Assembly (NCBI GenBank): GCA_016182555.1
Contig: JACPGJ010000008.1
Coordinates: 386,555 to 450,554, forward strand
DNA: 64,000 nt
Direction of reading: 5' to 3'
DNA from: Candidatus Kerfeldbacteria bacterium
GTDB lineage: Bacteria; Patescibacteriota; Patescibacteriia; UBA9570; XYC2-FULL-38-9
Below the pieces are notes generated by a model. The model was given only the letters and a program-made list of their open reading frames with translations, searched no databases and was not told the DNA's origin. Position numbers and translations under genes: made by a program. This document shows positions 36,773-47,091 of the stretch, one piece after another. Position 1 is the stretch's first letter. Each line of letters opens with the position of its first letter.

Positions 36773-39700
36773 CTATTCTATACGGAACTCAGAACCAACC
36801 AAGTGCATTTGATCAAGAACAGTTCCAGTTTGCGGAAGCACGCCTGCAATAATCACATTATTCCCAAAGAAGTTATCCATACGATCACCTTCCTTCTGAA
36901 ATAGATTCTCCTTGCGCATAATTTCTGCCTCTTGCGAACCAATATACATCGATTGATAATTCTTTCCACCAATTGCTACTGTCGAAAAACTCTCTTTTCC
37001 AATTATGATATCCTTGTACACTGCTGGAATTGAATTTCCTTTTATTGGATAGAATAGTTTTAATTCATCACCTACTCGAACAGTCAATACCGGGTTTCCT
37101 TGGATCTGATCAAACGTTGGTATGGTAAGTATATGATAATCATCAAGAATACTGCCGGTGGGATTGAGTATTCCATTGATAGTGATTGTTGGAATTCCAA
37201 AAAAATTCGCTGTTGAATCCCCGGGTTTCTGAAGCAACTGTTTCTGCTTCATGATACTGGCTTCTGTTGCTCCCACAATCATAGCATTCGCATCAATTGA
37301 GGCATTTCCTTCTACCGATCCCACTGCCGGATCAAATTGATTCACTCCCAAGAAGAGTTTCACTTCATCATCAATATAGGCTATTTTTGTTTTTCCAGAA
37401 GAAATAAAGTTTGTTACTTCAGCTGTACTCTGGGTGGGCATCGTCTGTTCTGACTGTTCTTTTTCCATGCCACTACTCAAACGAGCAAATTGGAAAAATA
37501 CTCCTGTAAAGAGAATAACTAATATCACCGGGGCAATAAACGAAAGGTAATTTCGTTTTTGTGGACGGAATAAACGAAGCAGTAATGCATTCCCTACGAC
37601 TGAGATAGAACTGAATGCCATAGCAAGTCCAGCAAGTTCGGGTTTTAAGACTAAACCAAATGACACAAAGATACGTGCGGCAATTGGTATACCAATAATG
37701 TTGTAAAAAAGTGCAAAGAATAAATTTTGTTTAATTTTATTCATTGTCTCCTTTGCGAGTTGGAATGCAGTCACCACATCACGCAAATCACTCTTCATCA
37801 AAATAATACCACCCGTTTCCATGGCCACATCTGTTCCGGAACCCATTGCAATACCCAAATTCGCTTGAGCGAGAGCAGGTGCATCATTGACCCCGTCCCC
37901 TACCATAGCAACTCTGTTTCCGGCATCTTGTAATTTTTTCACTTCACTGGCTTTATGCTCTGGTAATACTTCAGCGAGTACATTCGTAATGCCTACCTGC
38001 TGTGCAATAGCGTGTGCGGTGCGTTGATTGTCACCTGTAATCATATACACATCCATGCCCATGGTTTGCAATTTTTCAATTGCTTGCTTGGATGTGTCTT
38101 TCACTGTATCCGCAACCGCAACAATACCCACAACTTCCTTTTCTGTTGCCAAAATCATCACCGTTTTCCCTTGTTCTTCTAAACGCACCAGTTTTCGATT
38201 TATTTTATCAATGGATAAACCAACTTTTTCACCAATCAATTTTCTGTTACCGAAGAAATAGACCATCGTATCAACAGTTCCTTGTACACCATGTCCTGGA
38301 ATGGCTTGAAATTGTTGAACATCAGCAAAAGATACAGACTCTTCTTGAGCATAGGAATATATTGCTTCAGCCAGTGGATGTTCAGAGAGTTTCTCTAGGC
38401 TTGCAGCAATTGCCAACACATCATCCTCATCAGTCACACCAAGACTCACCACATCAGTTACTTCTGGCTTCCCTTTTGTGATCGTTCCCGTTTTATCAAA
38501 TATCACCGTCGTAATCTTTTGGGCTGCTTGAAGTGGTTCACCTCCTTTAATCAAGATGCCCTGTTCAGCACCTTTCCCTGTCCCAACCATAATGGCTGTT
38601 GGCGTGGCGAGTCCCAACGCACACGGACAAGCAATTACAATCACCGCGGTAAATGCCATTAACGCAAATGTAATGCTAGCGCCCAGAACGAGATACCATA
38701 CAATGAACGTGAGAATAGCAATACCAATAACAATGGGAACAAACTTCGCAGAAATTCTGTCAGCAAAATTTTGAATCGGCGCTTTTGATCCTTGAGCTTC
38801 TTCAATCAGGCGAATAATTTGAGCGAGCGATGTTTCGCTGCCCACTCGAGTTGCTTCAAATTCGAAGCTCCCTTGTTTATTCATTGTTCCACCAATAACG
38901 GTATCGCCCCCATTTTTTTCGACCGGCAAACTCTCCCCGGTAATCATTGATTCATCTACAGCAGAAGAACCACTCACAATTTTTCCATCAACAGGAATTG
39001 TTTCTCCTGGACGCACAATCACCCTGTCGCCATGCAATACATCCTCTACAGGAATATCTTCTGTGATGCCGCCACGAATAACACGAGCCGTTTTTGCTTG
39101 CAAGCCCATCAGTTTTTTAATGGCATCAGATGTCTTTCCTTTGGTGCGTGATTCTAGCCATTTCCCCAACACCACAAACGTAATCAAGAACGCCGCTGTT
39201 TCAAAATACAATTCACCAATTTTTTCACCACCAACACCAATGAGTGAACGATTATTCACTACGTACAGAATGTAATTTACCAAACTGTAGAAAAACGCTG
39301 TGGATGTTCCAATGGCAATGAGACTATCCATATTAAATGTCTTCATGCGCAAGGAAGACCACATGCCTTTATAAAATCCATAGCCAATCACAAATTGCAC
39401 AGGAATGGTGAGGATAAGTGACACAATGCCAATGTATGGTAAGAGTGTTTGCGCACCGGGCATCCACTTGAAAAAATCGAGCAGCATGAAATAGAACATT
39501 GGAAGACTCAGTACTGCGCTAGCGATAAATTTTTTCCAATATAATCGAATTTCCTTTTGACGTTTTCGTGTTTCAAATTCTGTGTCTTTTACATCAACTT
39601 CTTGCGCTTTGTATCCCGCTTTTTCAACGGCTGCAATCAGTTGTGGAATTTGCACTACACTCGGGTTATACGTCACCAACGCTTTTTCTGCAGCAAAATT

Positions 39701-40408
39701 GGCACTTGCCTGCTGTACCCCATTTACTTTTTTAAGCGAGCGCTCAATAATATTGGCGCACGATGCGCAATGCATACCAGATAACGATAAATTCACCCGC
39801 TTCTGTGTTTCGGTTATTGAATCTATCGGTGTTTTTGCTGAAGCTACGGAAGAAACGGTCGTATGATTCTGTGTATTCGTTGGCGTAATCAATGTTTGCT
39901 GTTCTGGAGAAGAACTAAACAACGTTGATACATGCAGCGATTTCATAATTTGTTCAATCAATCCAACAGCAACGGGAGTTTGATCTTGTCCGTCAAATGT
40001 TGTTTTCTTTTGTGTTTTTACATTTCCATCAAAATATGGTTTCCCATCAGCATCAGAAAATATTTTTCCCTCAGCCTCTATGGTTGTTTCCCACGTTGCT
40101 TTGAATGGTTGCCCATTTTGTTGTTCTGTTTCACTTTTTGGAACGATTGGTGCGTGTTGTTCAGGTTTTTGTACAGATTCAATATTCTCTTCTGATGTCA
40201 GAGTGGCAGTATAGCCAGCACGTGTAATCGCATCAAGAACATCTTGAGTACTTTGTTGAGTTGTATCGAGCATTGCGGTGTATATTCCAGTACGATGGTC
40301 AACAACAATTTCACTCAACCCTGATAACTCCTCACATTCTGCGTGAATGATTTTTTCGCATGCATCGCATGTCATGCCTTGTACTTGTATAGTAATTTTT
40401 TTCTTCAT
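36773..40408 (-). CDS. copA: Copper-translocating P1B-ATPase CopA-like with two N-terminal HMA domains and a ~300-aa C-terminal extracytoplasmic tandem-repeat extension
   Basis: Two GMTCDAC/GMHCASC HMA domains. [27 protein letters not shown]. After the last TM there is a duplicated ~100-aa module ([42 protein letters not shown] / [41 protein letters not shown]). Confidence 0.85.
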   Translation of the reverse strand: MKKKITIQVQGMTCDACEKIIHAECEELSGLSEIVVDHRTGIYTAMLDTTQQSTQDVLDAITRAGYTATLTSEENIESVQKPEQHAPIVPKSETEQQNGQPFKATWETTIEAEGKIFSDADGKPYFDGNVKTQKKTTFDGQDQTPVAVGLIEQIMKSLHVSTLFSSSPEQQTLITPTNTQNHTTVSSVASAKTPIDSITETQKRVNLSLSGMHCASCANIIERSLKKVNGVQQASANFAAEKALVTYNPSVVQIPQLIAAVEKAGYKAQEVDVKDTEFETRKRQKEIRLYWKKFIASAVLSLPMFYFMLLDFFKWMPGAQTLLPYIGIVSLILTIPVQFVIGYGFYKGMWSSLRMKTFNMDSLIAIGTSTAFFYSLVNYILYVVNNRSLIGVGGEKIGELYFETAAFLITFVVLGKWLESRTKGKTSDAIKKLMGLQAKTARVIRGGITEDIPVEDVLHGDRVIVRPGETIPVDGKIVSGSSAVDESMITGESLPVEKNGGDTVIGGTMNKQGSFEFEATRVGSETSLAQIIRLIEEAQGSKAPIQNFADRISAKFVPIVIGIAILTFIVWYLVLGASITFALMAFTAVIVIACPCALGLATPTAIMVGTGKGAEQGILIKGGEPLQAAQKITTVIFDKTGTITKGKPEVTDVVSLGVTDEDDVLAIAASLEKLSEHPLAEAIYSYAQEESVSFADVQQFQAIPGHGVQGTVDTMVYFFGNRKLIGEKVGLSIDKINRKLVRLEEQGKTVMILATEKEVVGIVAVADTVKDTSKQAIEKLQTMGMDVYMITGDNQRTAHAIAQQVGITNVLAEVLPEHKASEVKKLQDAGNRVAMVGDGVNDAPALAQANLGIAMGSGTDVAMETGGIILMKSDLRDVVTAFQLAKETMNKIKQNLFFALFYNIIGIPIAARIFVSFGLVLKPELAGLAMAFSSISVVGNALLLRLFRPQKRNYLSFIAPVILVILFTGVFFQFARLSSGMEKEQSEQTMPTQSTAEVTNFISSGKTKIAYIDDEVKLFLGVNQFDPAVGSVEGNASIDANAMIVGATEASIMKQKQLLQKPGDSTANFFGIPTITINGILNPTGSILDDYHILTIPTFDQIQGNPVLTVRVGDELKLFYPIKGNSIPAVYKDIIIGKESFSTVAIGGKNYQSMYIGSQEAEIMRKENLFQKEGDRMDNFFGNNVIIAGVLPQTGTVLDQMHLVGSEFRIE

Positions 40409-40423
40409 AAGTGTATGTATTTA

Positions 40424-40627
40424 CTACTCAACAATGGTGTATTCTGTATCTTGAAATACTGCTCGAATTTCATCAAGAGAAATTTCTCTATCAGTTTGAA
40501 TTTCCGTTTTCCCATCCAACCCAGAAATATTCACCTCTTGAACTCCGGCAATTTTTTTGAGTTTCATAGTGCTTAAACGAATACATGCATCACAGTGAAA
40601 GCCCTGTATTATAAATGTAATATTCAT
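40424..40627 (-). CDS. copZ: HMA-domain copper chaperone (CopZ-like)
   Basis: MNITFIIQGFHCDACIRLSTMKLKKIAGVQEVNI ferredoxin-like HMA fold with CxxC. Confidence 0.6.
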   Translation of the reverse strand: MNITFIIQGFHCDACIRLSTMKLKKIAGVQEVNISGLDGKTEIQTDREISLDEIRAVFQDTEYTIVE

Positions 40628-40644
40628 ATAGATATAAATTATTT

Positions 40645-42486
40645 TTATAGTACGGTAATTGTTCCTCGTGGCACTCCCATTGCACATGTAATTTCATATG
40701 TTCCTGGTTGTGTTGGAGTGAAATTCATTGCAACTGTTTTGCCTTTCTCCAATAACTCTGGTGTATTGTACAATGTAGGAATCATAATAGTGCTCATACA
40801 ACCAGAACCATTTTCTTTTGCTTCAATTTCAAATCGTACTGGTTTTCCAGATTGAACAGTAAATGTATTTGGCTGAATATCTGTATTATATGTATACGCT
40901 GTTTTAATTAACTGTATATCAGCAGAATCTTGTTGCTGAGTAACTCCTTGGATTTTTTCTGCGCTCACGTTACTGCCTGCACCACAACTCCCTGATCCAC
41001 CACCGCATCCACATCCTCCACTTTTTTGAGCATTCCCACAGGAACCTCCCTGCTGCCCAGACGCAATAGCACTATTACTATTTGAATCAACTTGATTTGA
41101 AGTGGGTTGAACATTATTTGTTTGGCTGGCAGGATTAACTACTTCAAATGACCCTCGATACATTCCCATTGAACAAGAAAACGCGATTTTCCCTGTTTCG
41201 GTTGGAGTAAATTCAATAATATTTTCGCCAGCAACAAGCCTCTTTTGTACATTTAATGCTGATGACACTAGACTACTTGCACAAGAATATGAATCCTGTG
41301 CATCAATGATCCATCGAACAGGAATGCCTTTTTGAATAGTAAACTTATTTGGTGAATACCCACGAGCGGTTTCTGTCATACGCACAATTTGCACTCCGTT
41401 TTCCATTGTGACATTTGGGTCGGCTGCAGTGGTTTCATTGGAGTCTGCAAGACCAGCGTTGAATCCAGTGAGATGATATCCATTAGAAATATTAAACAAG
41501 GCAAATAAGATTACGACAACCCCTGCAAACTTGAAGAACCGTTGTGCAAACACTCCTTTGACTGCAGAAGAAATTCCCCCAATACCTAGTAATCCCGGAG
41601 CTGTACCAAGAGCAAATACCCCCATAATGAGAGCACCTTTTGTAAAGCTGCCACTACTCATTGCATATAATTGCATCGCTTGCGTAAATCCACATGGCAA
41701 GAAAAAGGTGAGCGCGCCAAGAACGGCTGCACCTCGGTGGTTATATTCTTTTTCATGCCGCTCGATTCCCAAAAACTTACTAATGCTTGATGGAAGTGTA
41801 ATGCTCACATCGTCTAATTTTGGAAATATGCCAACAAGTTTTGCTCCAAGAAGCAACATGACTACGCCAATAACTAGAGTTAATATACCAAGTGTAATTG
41901 TTGATAGTTGCAATACTGAACCAACTGCTCCCAAAAGACCACCCAGCACTACATACGACGCAATACGTCCAAAATTAAAGAAAAGATGTGGTCGAAATTT
42001 TTGCATGACCGTTGCTTCCGGATGCCTTTCTGCGTGCCGTGCTGACAAACCAAGAATTAATCCACCAACCAAAGCCATACATGTTGAAAATCCTGCGGTT
42101 AGTCCAATAAGTAATACAATGGGAATACTACTTGGGTTTGATCCTGAAGATATATTGATATTCAATAGTCCTGTTTCTTTTAATAGCAGATATGCGCCAA
42201 AAAGAAATAAGAATGCAATACCAAGGTCTTTATAGTCACGTGGATTTTTACTGAGCCACGTTTTCTTATCTGGGTTGCCAATCGAATATCCAGCTTCCTG
42301 AATTGCTTGTTCAACCTCACTCATTTTTGGCTTCTGCTGATCATAATAAATATGTGCTTTGTGGTTTTTATAACTCACTTCTGCTTTTGATACTTCAGGA
42401 ATTTCTGATAATTTATCACCAATGAGAATTTCACATGATCGACAATGCATTCCACGAATAGGAACTGTAAGACAGTGTTTTTTCAT
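40645..42486 (-). CDS. Fusion protein: N-terminal HMA domain + DsbD/CcdA-like polytopic membrane domain + two C-terminal cupredoxin-like (Cupredoxin_1) domains joined by a Gly/Cys-rich linker
   Basis: MHCRSCE HMA. About 8 TMs. Duplicated FTIQKGIPVRW...SCSMGMYRGSFEVV and FTVQSGKPVRF...TCAMGVPRGTITV. Linker GGSCGNAQKSGGCGCGGGSGSCG. Confidence 0.6.
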   Translation of the reverse strand: MKKHCLTVPIRGMHCRSCEILIGDKLSEIPEVSKAEVSYKNHKAHIYYDQQKPKMSEVEQAIQEAGYSIGNPDKKTWLSKNPRDYKDLGIAFLFLFGAYLLLKETGLLNINISSGSNPSSIPIVLLIGLTAGFSTCMALVGGLILGLSARHAERHPEATVMQKFRPHLFFNFGRIASYVVLGGLLGAVGSVLQLSTITLGILTLVIGVVMLLLGAKLVGIFPKLDDVSITLPSSISKFLGIERHEKEYNHRGAAVLGALTFFLPCGFTQAMQLYAMSSGSFTKGALIMGVFALGTAPGLLGIGGISSAVKGVFAQRFFKFAGVVVILFALFNISNGYHLTGFNAGLADSNETTAADPNVTMENGVQIVRMTETARGYSPNKFTIQKGIPVRWIIDAQDSYSCASSLVSSALNVQKRLVAGENIIEFTPTETGKIAFSCSMGMYRGSFEVVNPASQTNNVQPTSNQVDSNSNSAIASGQQGGSCGNAQKSGGCGCGGGSGSCGAGSNVSAEKIQGVTQQQDSADIQLIKTAYTYNTDIQPNTFTVQSGKPVRFEIEAKENGSGCMSTIMIPTLYNTPELLEKGKTVAMNFTPTQPGTYEITCAMGVPRGTITVL

Positions 42487-42550
42487 ATAGTATAGTTACT
42501 TGTTTAGAATAGGAAACACAGACACGAGCGTGTCTTAACTGTATACTATT

Positions 42551-42931
42551 CTATTCCCGCAAAATGACTGTATTAAACAAATAATGTGGAAAATACCAGA
42601 ATTGCCGTTGCCACTGAAATAGCGGTCTTACCTGAGGAATGATGAACCAATACATCACGGTCACTAATAACGCAAAAACAAATGGTAGTGAAAAACTGAC
42701 AATATTTACTGGTGAAGCGGCACTCAAACAATGTGAAACACATTCAACAGATTTTTGAATAGGTAATTGACAATCTGCAGATTGAACTTGACATGACTCC
42801 ACGGCAAGGTGTTCATTGCTATGTATAGGTATATGATTCACATTTGAAGAATCATGTATGACAAAAAAAGCACCGCCCCACATATACGCAGCGAATGATA
42901 CTCCAATAATGATACTGATCCAATGCTTCAT
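42551..42931 (-). CDS. Small Cys/His-rich membrane protein, first gene of the operator-controlled copper operon
   Basis: Two TMs flank CQVQSADCQ...ECVSHC. Operator-like palindrome immediately upstream. Confidence 0.35.
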   Translation of the reverse strand: MKHWISIIIGVSFAAYMWGGAFFVIHDSSNVNHIPIHSNEHLAVESCQVQSADCQLPIQKSVECVSHCLSAASPVNIVSFSLPFVFALLVTVMYWFIIPQVRPLFQWQRQFWYFPHYLFNTVILRE

Positions 42932-42980
42932 AGATTGTGTATAACCTTATTGTTCATCAACTTTCGTTACCAATGATATA

Positions 42981-42997
42981 ATACCCCTATAGGGTAT
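42981..42997. promoter_or_regulatory. Candidate CsoR operator ATACCC-N5-GGGTAT upstream of the 42931-36773 operon
   Basis: Near-perfect palindrome ATACCCCTATAGGGTAT, same architecture as 36249-36267. Confidence 0.45.
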
Positions 42998-43022
42998 ATG
43001 TGTCAATCAATAGTTATATTTT

Positions 43023-43280
43023 TTACTTTATATCTACATTCACTCCAAAATGTTTTTTGTATACCGCTTTACGCTTTTTAAACATTTGCTCAAAGAAACC
43101 AATCCATTGATCATGATAATCATACACCATACACGGTTGCTGCGATCCACGTTGCAAGCGACCAATGTATTGTTTTAATTTGATCGCTGATGAAAATGGG
43201 TACACTAAAAACAGCACATCAAAGTGAACAATATCTGTACCCTCACCTACTAATTGACCAGTTGCGATCACAATTTCAGG
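43023..43280 (-). pseudogene. Helicase C-terminal domain remnant (superfamily 2 motif V/VI fragment)
   Basis: IVIATGQLVGEGTDIVHFDVLFLVYP...YIGRLQRG matches helicase motifs V-VI. Only ~85 aa remain. The N-terminal part of the ORF is antisense to the IS fragment. Confidence 0.45.
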
Positions 43281-43519
43281 CTTTCTGGGGACGTTCGGAA
43301 AATGCTGTGAAAACCCAAATTTGGTTTGCTGTGGCAACATATGCGCTCGTCGCTATCATTCGAAAAAAACTTGAATTGAGTAAAAGCATGCATGAAATTC
43401 TACAAATTTTAAGTATCTCTCTCTTCGATAAAATGTCCGTAAAACAGTTCCTTTCTGAATATGAAAACAGACTCGAAAACAATACATCAAAAAAACAACT
43501 TACTTTACAGGATTTTTAA
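43262..43519 (+). mobile_element. IS4-family-like transposase C-terminal remnant
   Basis: ENAVKTQIWFAVATYALVAIIRKKLEL resembles the conserved C-terminal segment of IS4/DDE_Tnp_1 transposases. The DDE core is absent and the fragment abuts the helicase remnant. Confidence 0.4.
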
Positions 43520-43555
43520 CCGGCCAGTAGTGTGCGACTATTCGTGAATAACAAG

Positions 43556-43596
43556 AAAAGCTCTACAGACTGTACGCAGGTTTGTAGAGCTTTTTC
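43556..43596. terminator. Bidirectional intrinsic terminator
   Basis: GCTCTACA ... TGTAGAGC stem with 15-nt loop, flanked by A-run and T-run. Confidence 0.45.
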
Positions 43597-43598
43597 TT

Positions 43599-44146
43599 TT
43601 ATAAAAAATTCTTTGCTGAGAATGTAACTAGTTTGCTAATCGCAATATCTGGATGCTCCTGCATGTAGTGTTGAATAAGAAGAAATCCAAGCGTGTATCC
43701 TGTCCAACGTGGAATATTGCGTTTTTTTGAACCGACGATGTGTTTCCTGTCAGGGTAAAGACAACATAATCTGCTAAGCCCTCGCTCACAATGTTGTCTG
43801 CCAACGTTTTGCCCATTACTCCTGCTTCCCAGCGTTTCACATGACACAATTCATGCGCAATGGTTTGACTAAGTACCGTATGCAAATTCTTCTTTACATC
43901 TTTGTGATCAGGATCAATCGTTATCTGCACAAAATGAGCTGAAGGAGAATATCCACCAATGCCTCCCATATTTTTCAGTGGCTCTGGATATAATGCTTCC
44001 ATCACAAGAATATCTACATTATCGATAGCCAACAACTTTTGTACTTTTTGTGATGTGTGTCGAATAATCCGTTTTGCGTCATTTTGTACTGCATTCAAAC
44101 GCCCAGAACTATTTAATACGTGAATTGAAATACTCATACTATTCAC
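43599..44146 (-). pseudogene. Frameshifted paralog of the DUF2268-like HExxH protein (4284-4958)
   Basis: Frame A (43628-44146) carries the HELCH motif and VSEGLADYV. Frame B (43599-43847) carries RNIPRWTGYTLGFLLIQHYMQEHPDIAISKLVTFSAKNFL, collinear with the intact copy. Requires one frameshift near SEGLADYV. Confidence 0.5.
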
Positions 44147-44269
44147 TGGTGTCCGGTTAATTTTTTTGAGAGGTAAGAAATTATTTGCAGGTTAGCCAAT
44201 AATTGGTATTTTTGATATTTTTCTCAAATATTGGCTAATTGTAGAATACAATACGATCTGAATGGAAAA

Positions 44270-44491
44270 TTAACGGGACACGAGTGATTTTGGTATAAAC
44301 TTTTTTTGCCATGTTTCATCATTTATTGATGAATAGCCATTTTTATTTAAATAAGGTAAGAAAATACTCTTCCATTTATCCGCAGTCATAGGATTATCGC
44401 TAGTAGATAATCCCATTTTAACTATATGTATACAATCAACATTCTGCATATCTGCTATATGTTGCATATAAGAATCCAATTTTTTATACAA
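44270..44491 (-). CDS. Hypothetical protein (73 aa)
   Basis: ORF only. Possibly the downstream half of a gene split at the poly-G tract. Confidence 0.25.
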   Translation of the reverse strand: MYKKLDSYMQHIADMQNVDCIHIVKMGLSTSDNPMTADKWKSIFLPYLNKNGYSSINDETWQKKFIPKSLVSR

Positions 44492-44595
44492 CTCTAAACC
44501 AATGCCCTTTGGTAATGTTTCTTGAGAATCAAACTTTTGAATTTGTGTATAAATTTTAAATGGTTCTTCTACCTGTCTAACATAGATAGTTAATT

Positions 44596-44895
44596 TTATG
44601 TACCCCCCCCTGATTGATTACCTAAAATAAATTCCTCATTTATATCAATCTTTTTTCTCATACCACGATTTTCAAATTCTGTAACTATTCTTCTACAATC
44701 CAATGATATACTTTGTTCACCTAAACACATATTTTCTTTTGCTTGAAATGAGGTAACATCTCTATTCCCATAAACTGGATCGGCTATTTCAGCTATCCAT
44801 TGCAAATCAGCTAATTGAAATTCTGAAAAATTCACACCTTCAATTGGACGTATAGCCAAGTCTGGGTTTTTAAAAAAATAATTTTTTTCAGTCAT
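44596..44895 (-). CDS. Hypothetical protein (99 aa) ending in a G8 homopolymer-encoded GGGT
   Basis: ORF ends two codons after an 8-nt homopolymeric tract (C8 on + at 44603-44610). Confidence 0.3.
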   Translation of the reverse strand: MTEKNYFFKNPDLAIRPIEGVNFSEFQLADLQWIAEIADPVYGNRDVTSFQAKENMCLGEQSISLDCRRIVTEFENRGMRKKIDINEEFILGNQSGGGT

Positions 44896-45112
44896 AAAAT
44901 TACTATTAAGCTATAATACTATAGCAATTTTCAAATATAATGCCAAATGCAACACATAAACCAATGTTTTGCAGATTACAAAAAAAAATTCAACCATACT
45001 TCATTTATTATTCCCGCCAACAGAACGAGTTTTAAATTTCGTTTGAAAGACAGTATTTTTTGATGTACTTAATGCACATATTTTTCAATTTGATACATCT
45101 ACATTAAACATA

Positions 45113-45754
45113 ATGAAAGACAACTGTAAAAACAGAAGGAGAAACTTGACCACATTTTCAAAAAAAAATACTGATTTATTAAGGCAAAAATTCCTTCCCC
45201 AAATTTTGTCTATTGATGCCCAGGTCACTGAACTGAAAGAATATGCCAAGCGAGAAGGGCTGAATATTGTTTATACTTTTATTGAATCACAGACCGCAAA
45301 AGAACCAGGACGACCCATATTCAACGAAATGCTTGATTTAATGGAACACGGTAATATTAATGGCACCATTTCTTGGCATCCAGATCGCTTGGCAAGAAAC
45401 TCGGTTGATGGTGGCAGAGTCATTCACTTAATTGATAGAGGAAAAATTTGTGCCCTTAAATTTCCCACTTTTTGGTTTGATAACACTCCGCAAGGAAAAT
45501 TTATGCTCAATATTGCTTTTGGGCAATCCAAATACTACATCGACAATTTATCCGAGAATGTCGCTTTTGATAAAGATTATGAAGAACTGAGCAATTTCCT
45601 CAAAACGGTCGGCTTGAACGCCCAATTGCGGGAGCGGAAGGTGGAACTGCAATTCAAAAAACCCTTTCAACTGCTACACAAAACGCGCCTTCGGTTCGGC
45701 GCGCTCGTGGAACAAAATTCACTTCATCCTTACTGGCTGACCGCTGTGGTCTAG
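45113..45754 (+). pseudogene. Serine recombinase (resolvase/integrase) catalytic-domain remnant
   Basis: ILSIDAQVTELKEYAKREGLNIV and SWHPDRLARN match resolvase motifs (GYSLEAQ..., DRLxR). The catalytic RVSTxxQ serine block is missing. The 3' third is GC-rich and non-homologous. Confidence 0.5.
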
Positions 45755-45846
45755 AACCTCGGCCATTGCAACCTAGTATACAGTATTTTCCGAGTTACCA
45801 ACAAGGCACCTGAGTCACTTACAGGAGGCAGTAAAAATTTATTAAG

Positions 45847-46878
45847 CTACACCTTTTTTTGAGCACCCACTAAATACCAACCATATTCTTTATAATTTTG
45901 GTCAAGGACTTGTTGCCCCTCATCATTAATTTTGCTCCCATATAACTTGTCTGCTTCTTTCTGAAATCTCAGCATTTGTTTAGTTGCAGAAATAGGAGGA
46001 GAGAGAGTTTTCCATTGTTGTCCTAAACTAGCAAGATCTGATTGAGTTTTAGTAAATTTTTTGTAATTACTTTTTCTCGCTTTAGCTTGAAAAGTTGTAT
46101 CTCCATGCTTTTGGGTAATAGAAAGGTTTTGGGACATCCCCATAATAACACTTGCTTGTTCCTTAGTATATTTATCCAAAATATTAGTTAAATTACCATA
46201 CCCCAAGCTTGAATCAAACATCGATTTTTCATAGTAACAATCAATTTTACTTTGCCCAAGAATTTCTTTTATATGATCCGGATCTCTAATGTCACCATTC
46301 GCAATAGTAATCTCTCGTAATCGTTTTTGCGATTCACCTGGATACGCCCAAGGAAAAGATAACTGAATAGAACATGCTCCCTGAACTTTACTAATTTGTA
46401 CTTTATGGAGATCAACTCCTAAAGAACGTAACTCTAATATAATTAGATATGCTGCGTCACTTTCCTCAATAATATTTGCATGATAGAATCCAGATCGTCT
46501 TTTCTTGAATAAAATTTCTTTATTAATAGGATTTTCATCTTGCCATTCATCAATAATTTTCTGAAAATTTTCTACCTGAACCGGACCATAACTCAACCCA
46601 CCAAATTTAATATCAACTCCAATAACATGTGTGGCATCCGACAATAATAATGCCGAACTAATATCAGGGCCAATCCCGCCATACAAGATGCCAAACTCGC
46701 TGTCTTTTTGTGTGGCTGCAGCATCTCCCCTGATTCTTTCTTTCCAACTCATAAAATAGGCTGCCTGTTCTGGAGAATATAAACCACTCTCAACAATAGA
46801 AGATCGTTTAGCAGTATCAAAAATGCGCTTGTACTCAGGATCAATATTATTTCGTTCTATTGTTGATCTTGGTTCCAT
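45847..46878 (-). CDS. Hypothetical 343-aa protein (weak class I MTase-like GxG motif)
   Basis: GILYGGIGPDISSALLLSDATHVIGVDI resembles SAM-MTase motif I/post-I. Otherwise unassigned. Confidence 0.35.
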   Translation of the reverse strand: MEPRSTIERNNIDPEYKRIFDTAKRSSIVESGLYSPEQAAYFMSWKERIRGDAAATQKDSEFGILYGGIGPDISSALLLSDATHVIGVDIKFGGLSYGPVQVENFQKIIDEWQDENPINKEILFKKRRSGFYHANIIEESDAAYLIILELRSLGVDLHKVQISKVQGACSIQLSFPWAYPGESQKRLREITIANGDIRDPDHIKEILGQSKIDCYYEKSMFDSSLGYGNLTNILDKYTKEQASVIMGMSQNLSITQKHGDTTFQAKARKSNYKKFTKTQSDLASLGQQWKTLSPPISATKQMLRFQKEADKLYGSKINDEGQQVLDQNYKEYGWYLVGAQKKV

Positions 46879-46925
46879 ACTAATATAATGCTGTATATTT
46901 TAGGTTGGCGGGTCACCTCTAGAAC

Positions 46926-47000
46926 TTTGTAAACTTGGCTGGGGAGGTAGGGATCGAACCCACGAATGGCAGGACCAGAACCTGCTGCCTTACCGCTTGG
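46926..47000 (-). tRNA. tRNA-Gln (anticodon CTG), CCA encoded
   Basis: TGGGGAG acceptor (U1:A72 as in bacterial tRNA-Gln). Anticodon arm GCAGG-TTCTGGT-CCTGC. T-arm GTGGG-TTCGATC-CCTAC. 3' end CTCCCCA-G-CCA. Confidence 0.8.
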
Positions 47001-47091
47001 CGACTCCCCAATAGAGTTTCTATACAATAGCGAACCAGCCAAAAAATTTCAAGAGCACCATAACAGAGCACCGTATAGATGCAACGTTTTC

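Noticed and set aside
41531-42235. 234-aa plus-strand ORF inside the HMA-DsbD-cupredoxin gene, with similar antisense ORFs such as 9383-9882, 22507-22908, 34660-34977, 38080-38481 and 50831-51229
   Set aside because: Fully embedded antisense to well-supported long genes, with low-complexity translations and no RBS. Typical shadow ORFs.
43023-43519. Treating ORFs 43023-43340 (-) and 43190-43519 (+) as two intact small genes
   Set aside because: Each has only a short region of homology (helicase motif V/VI; transposase C-terminus). The remainder of each ORF is antisense to the other, so they are fragments.
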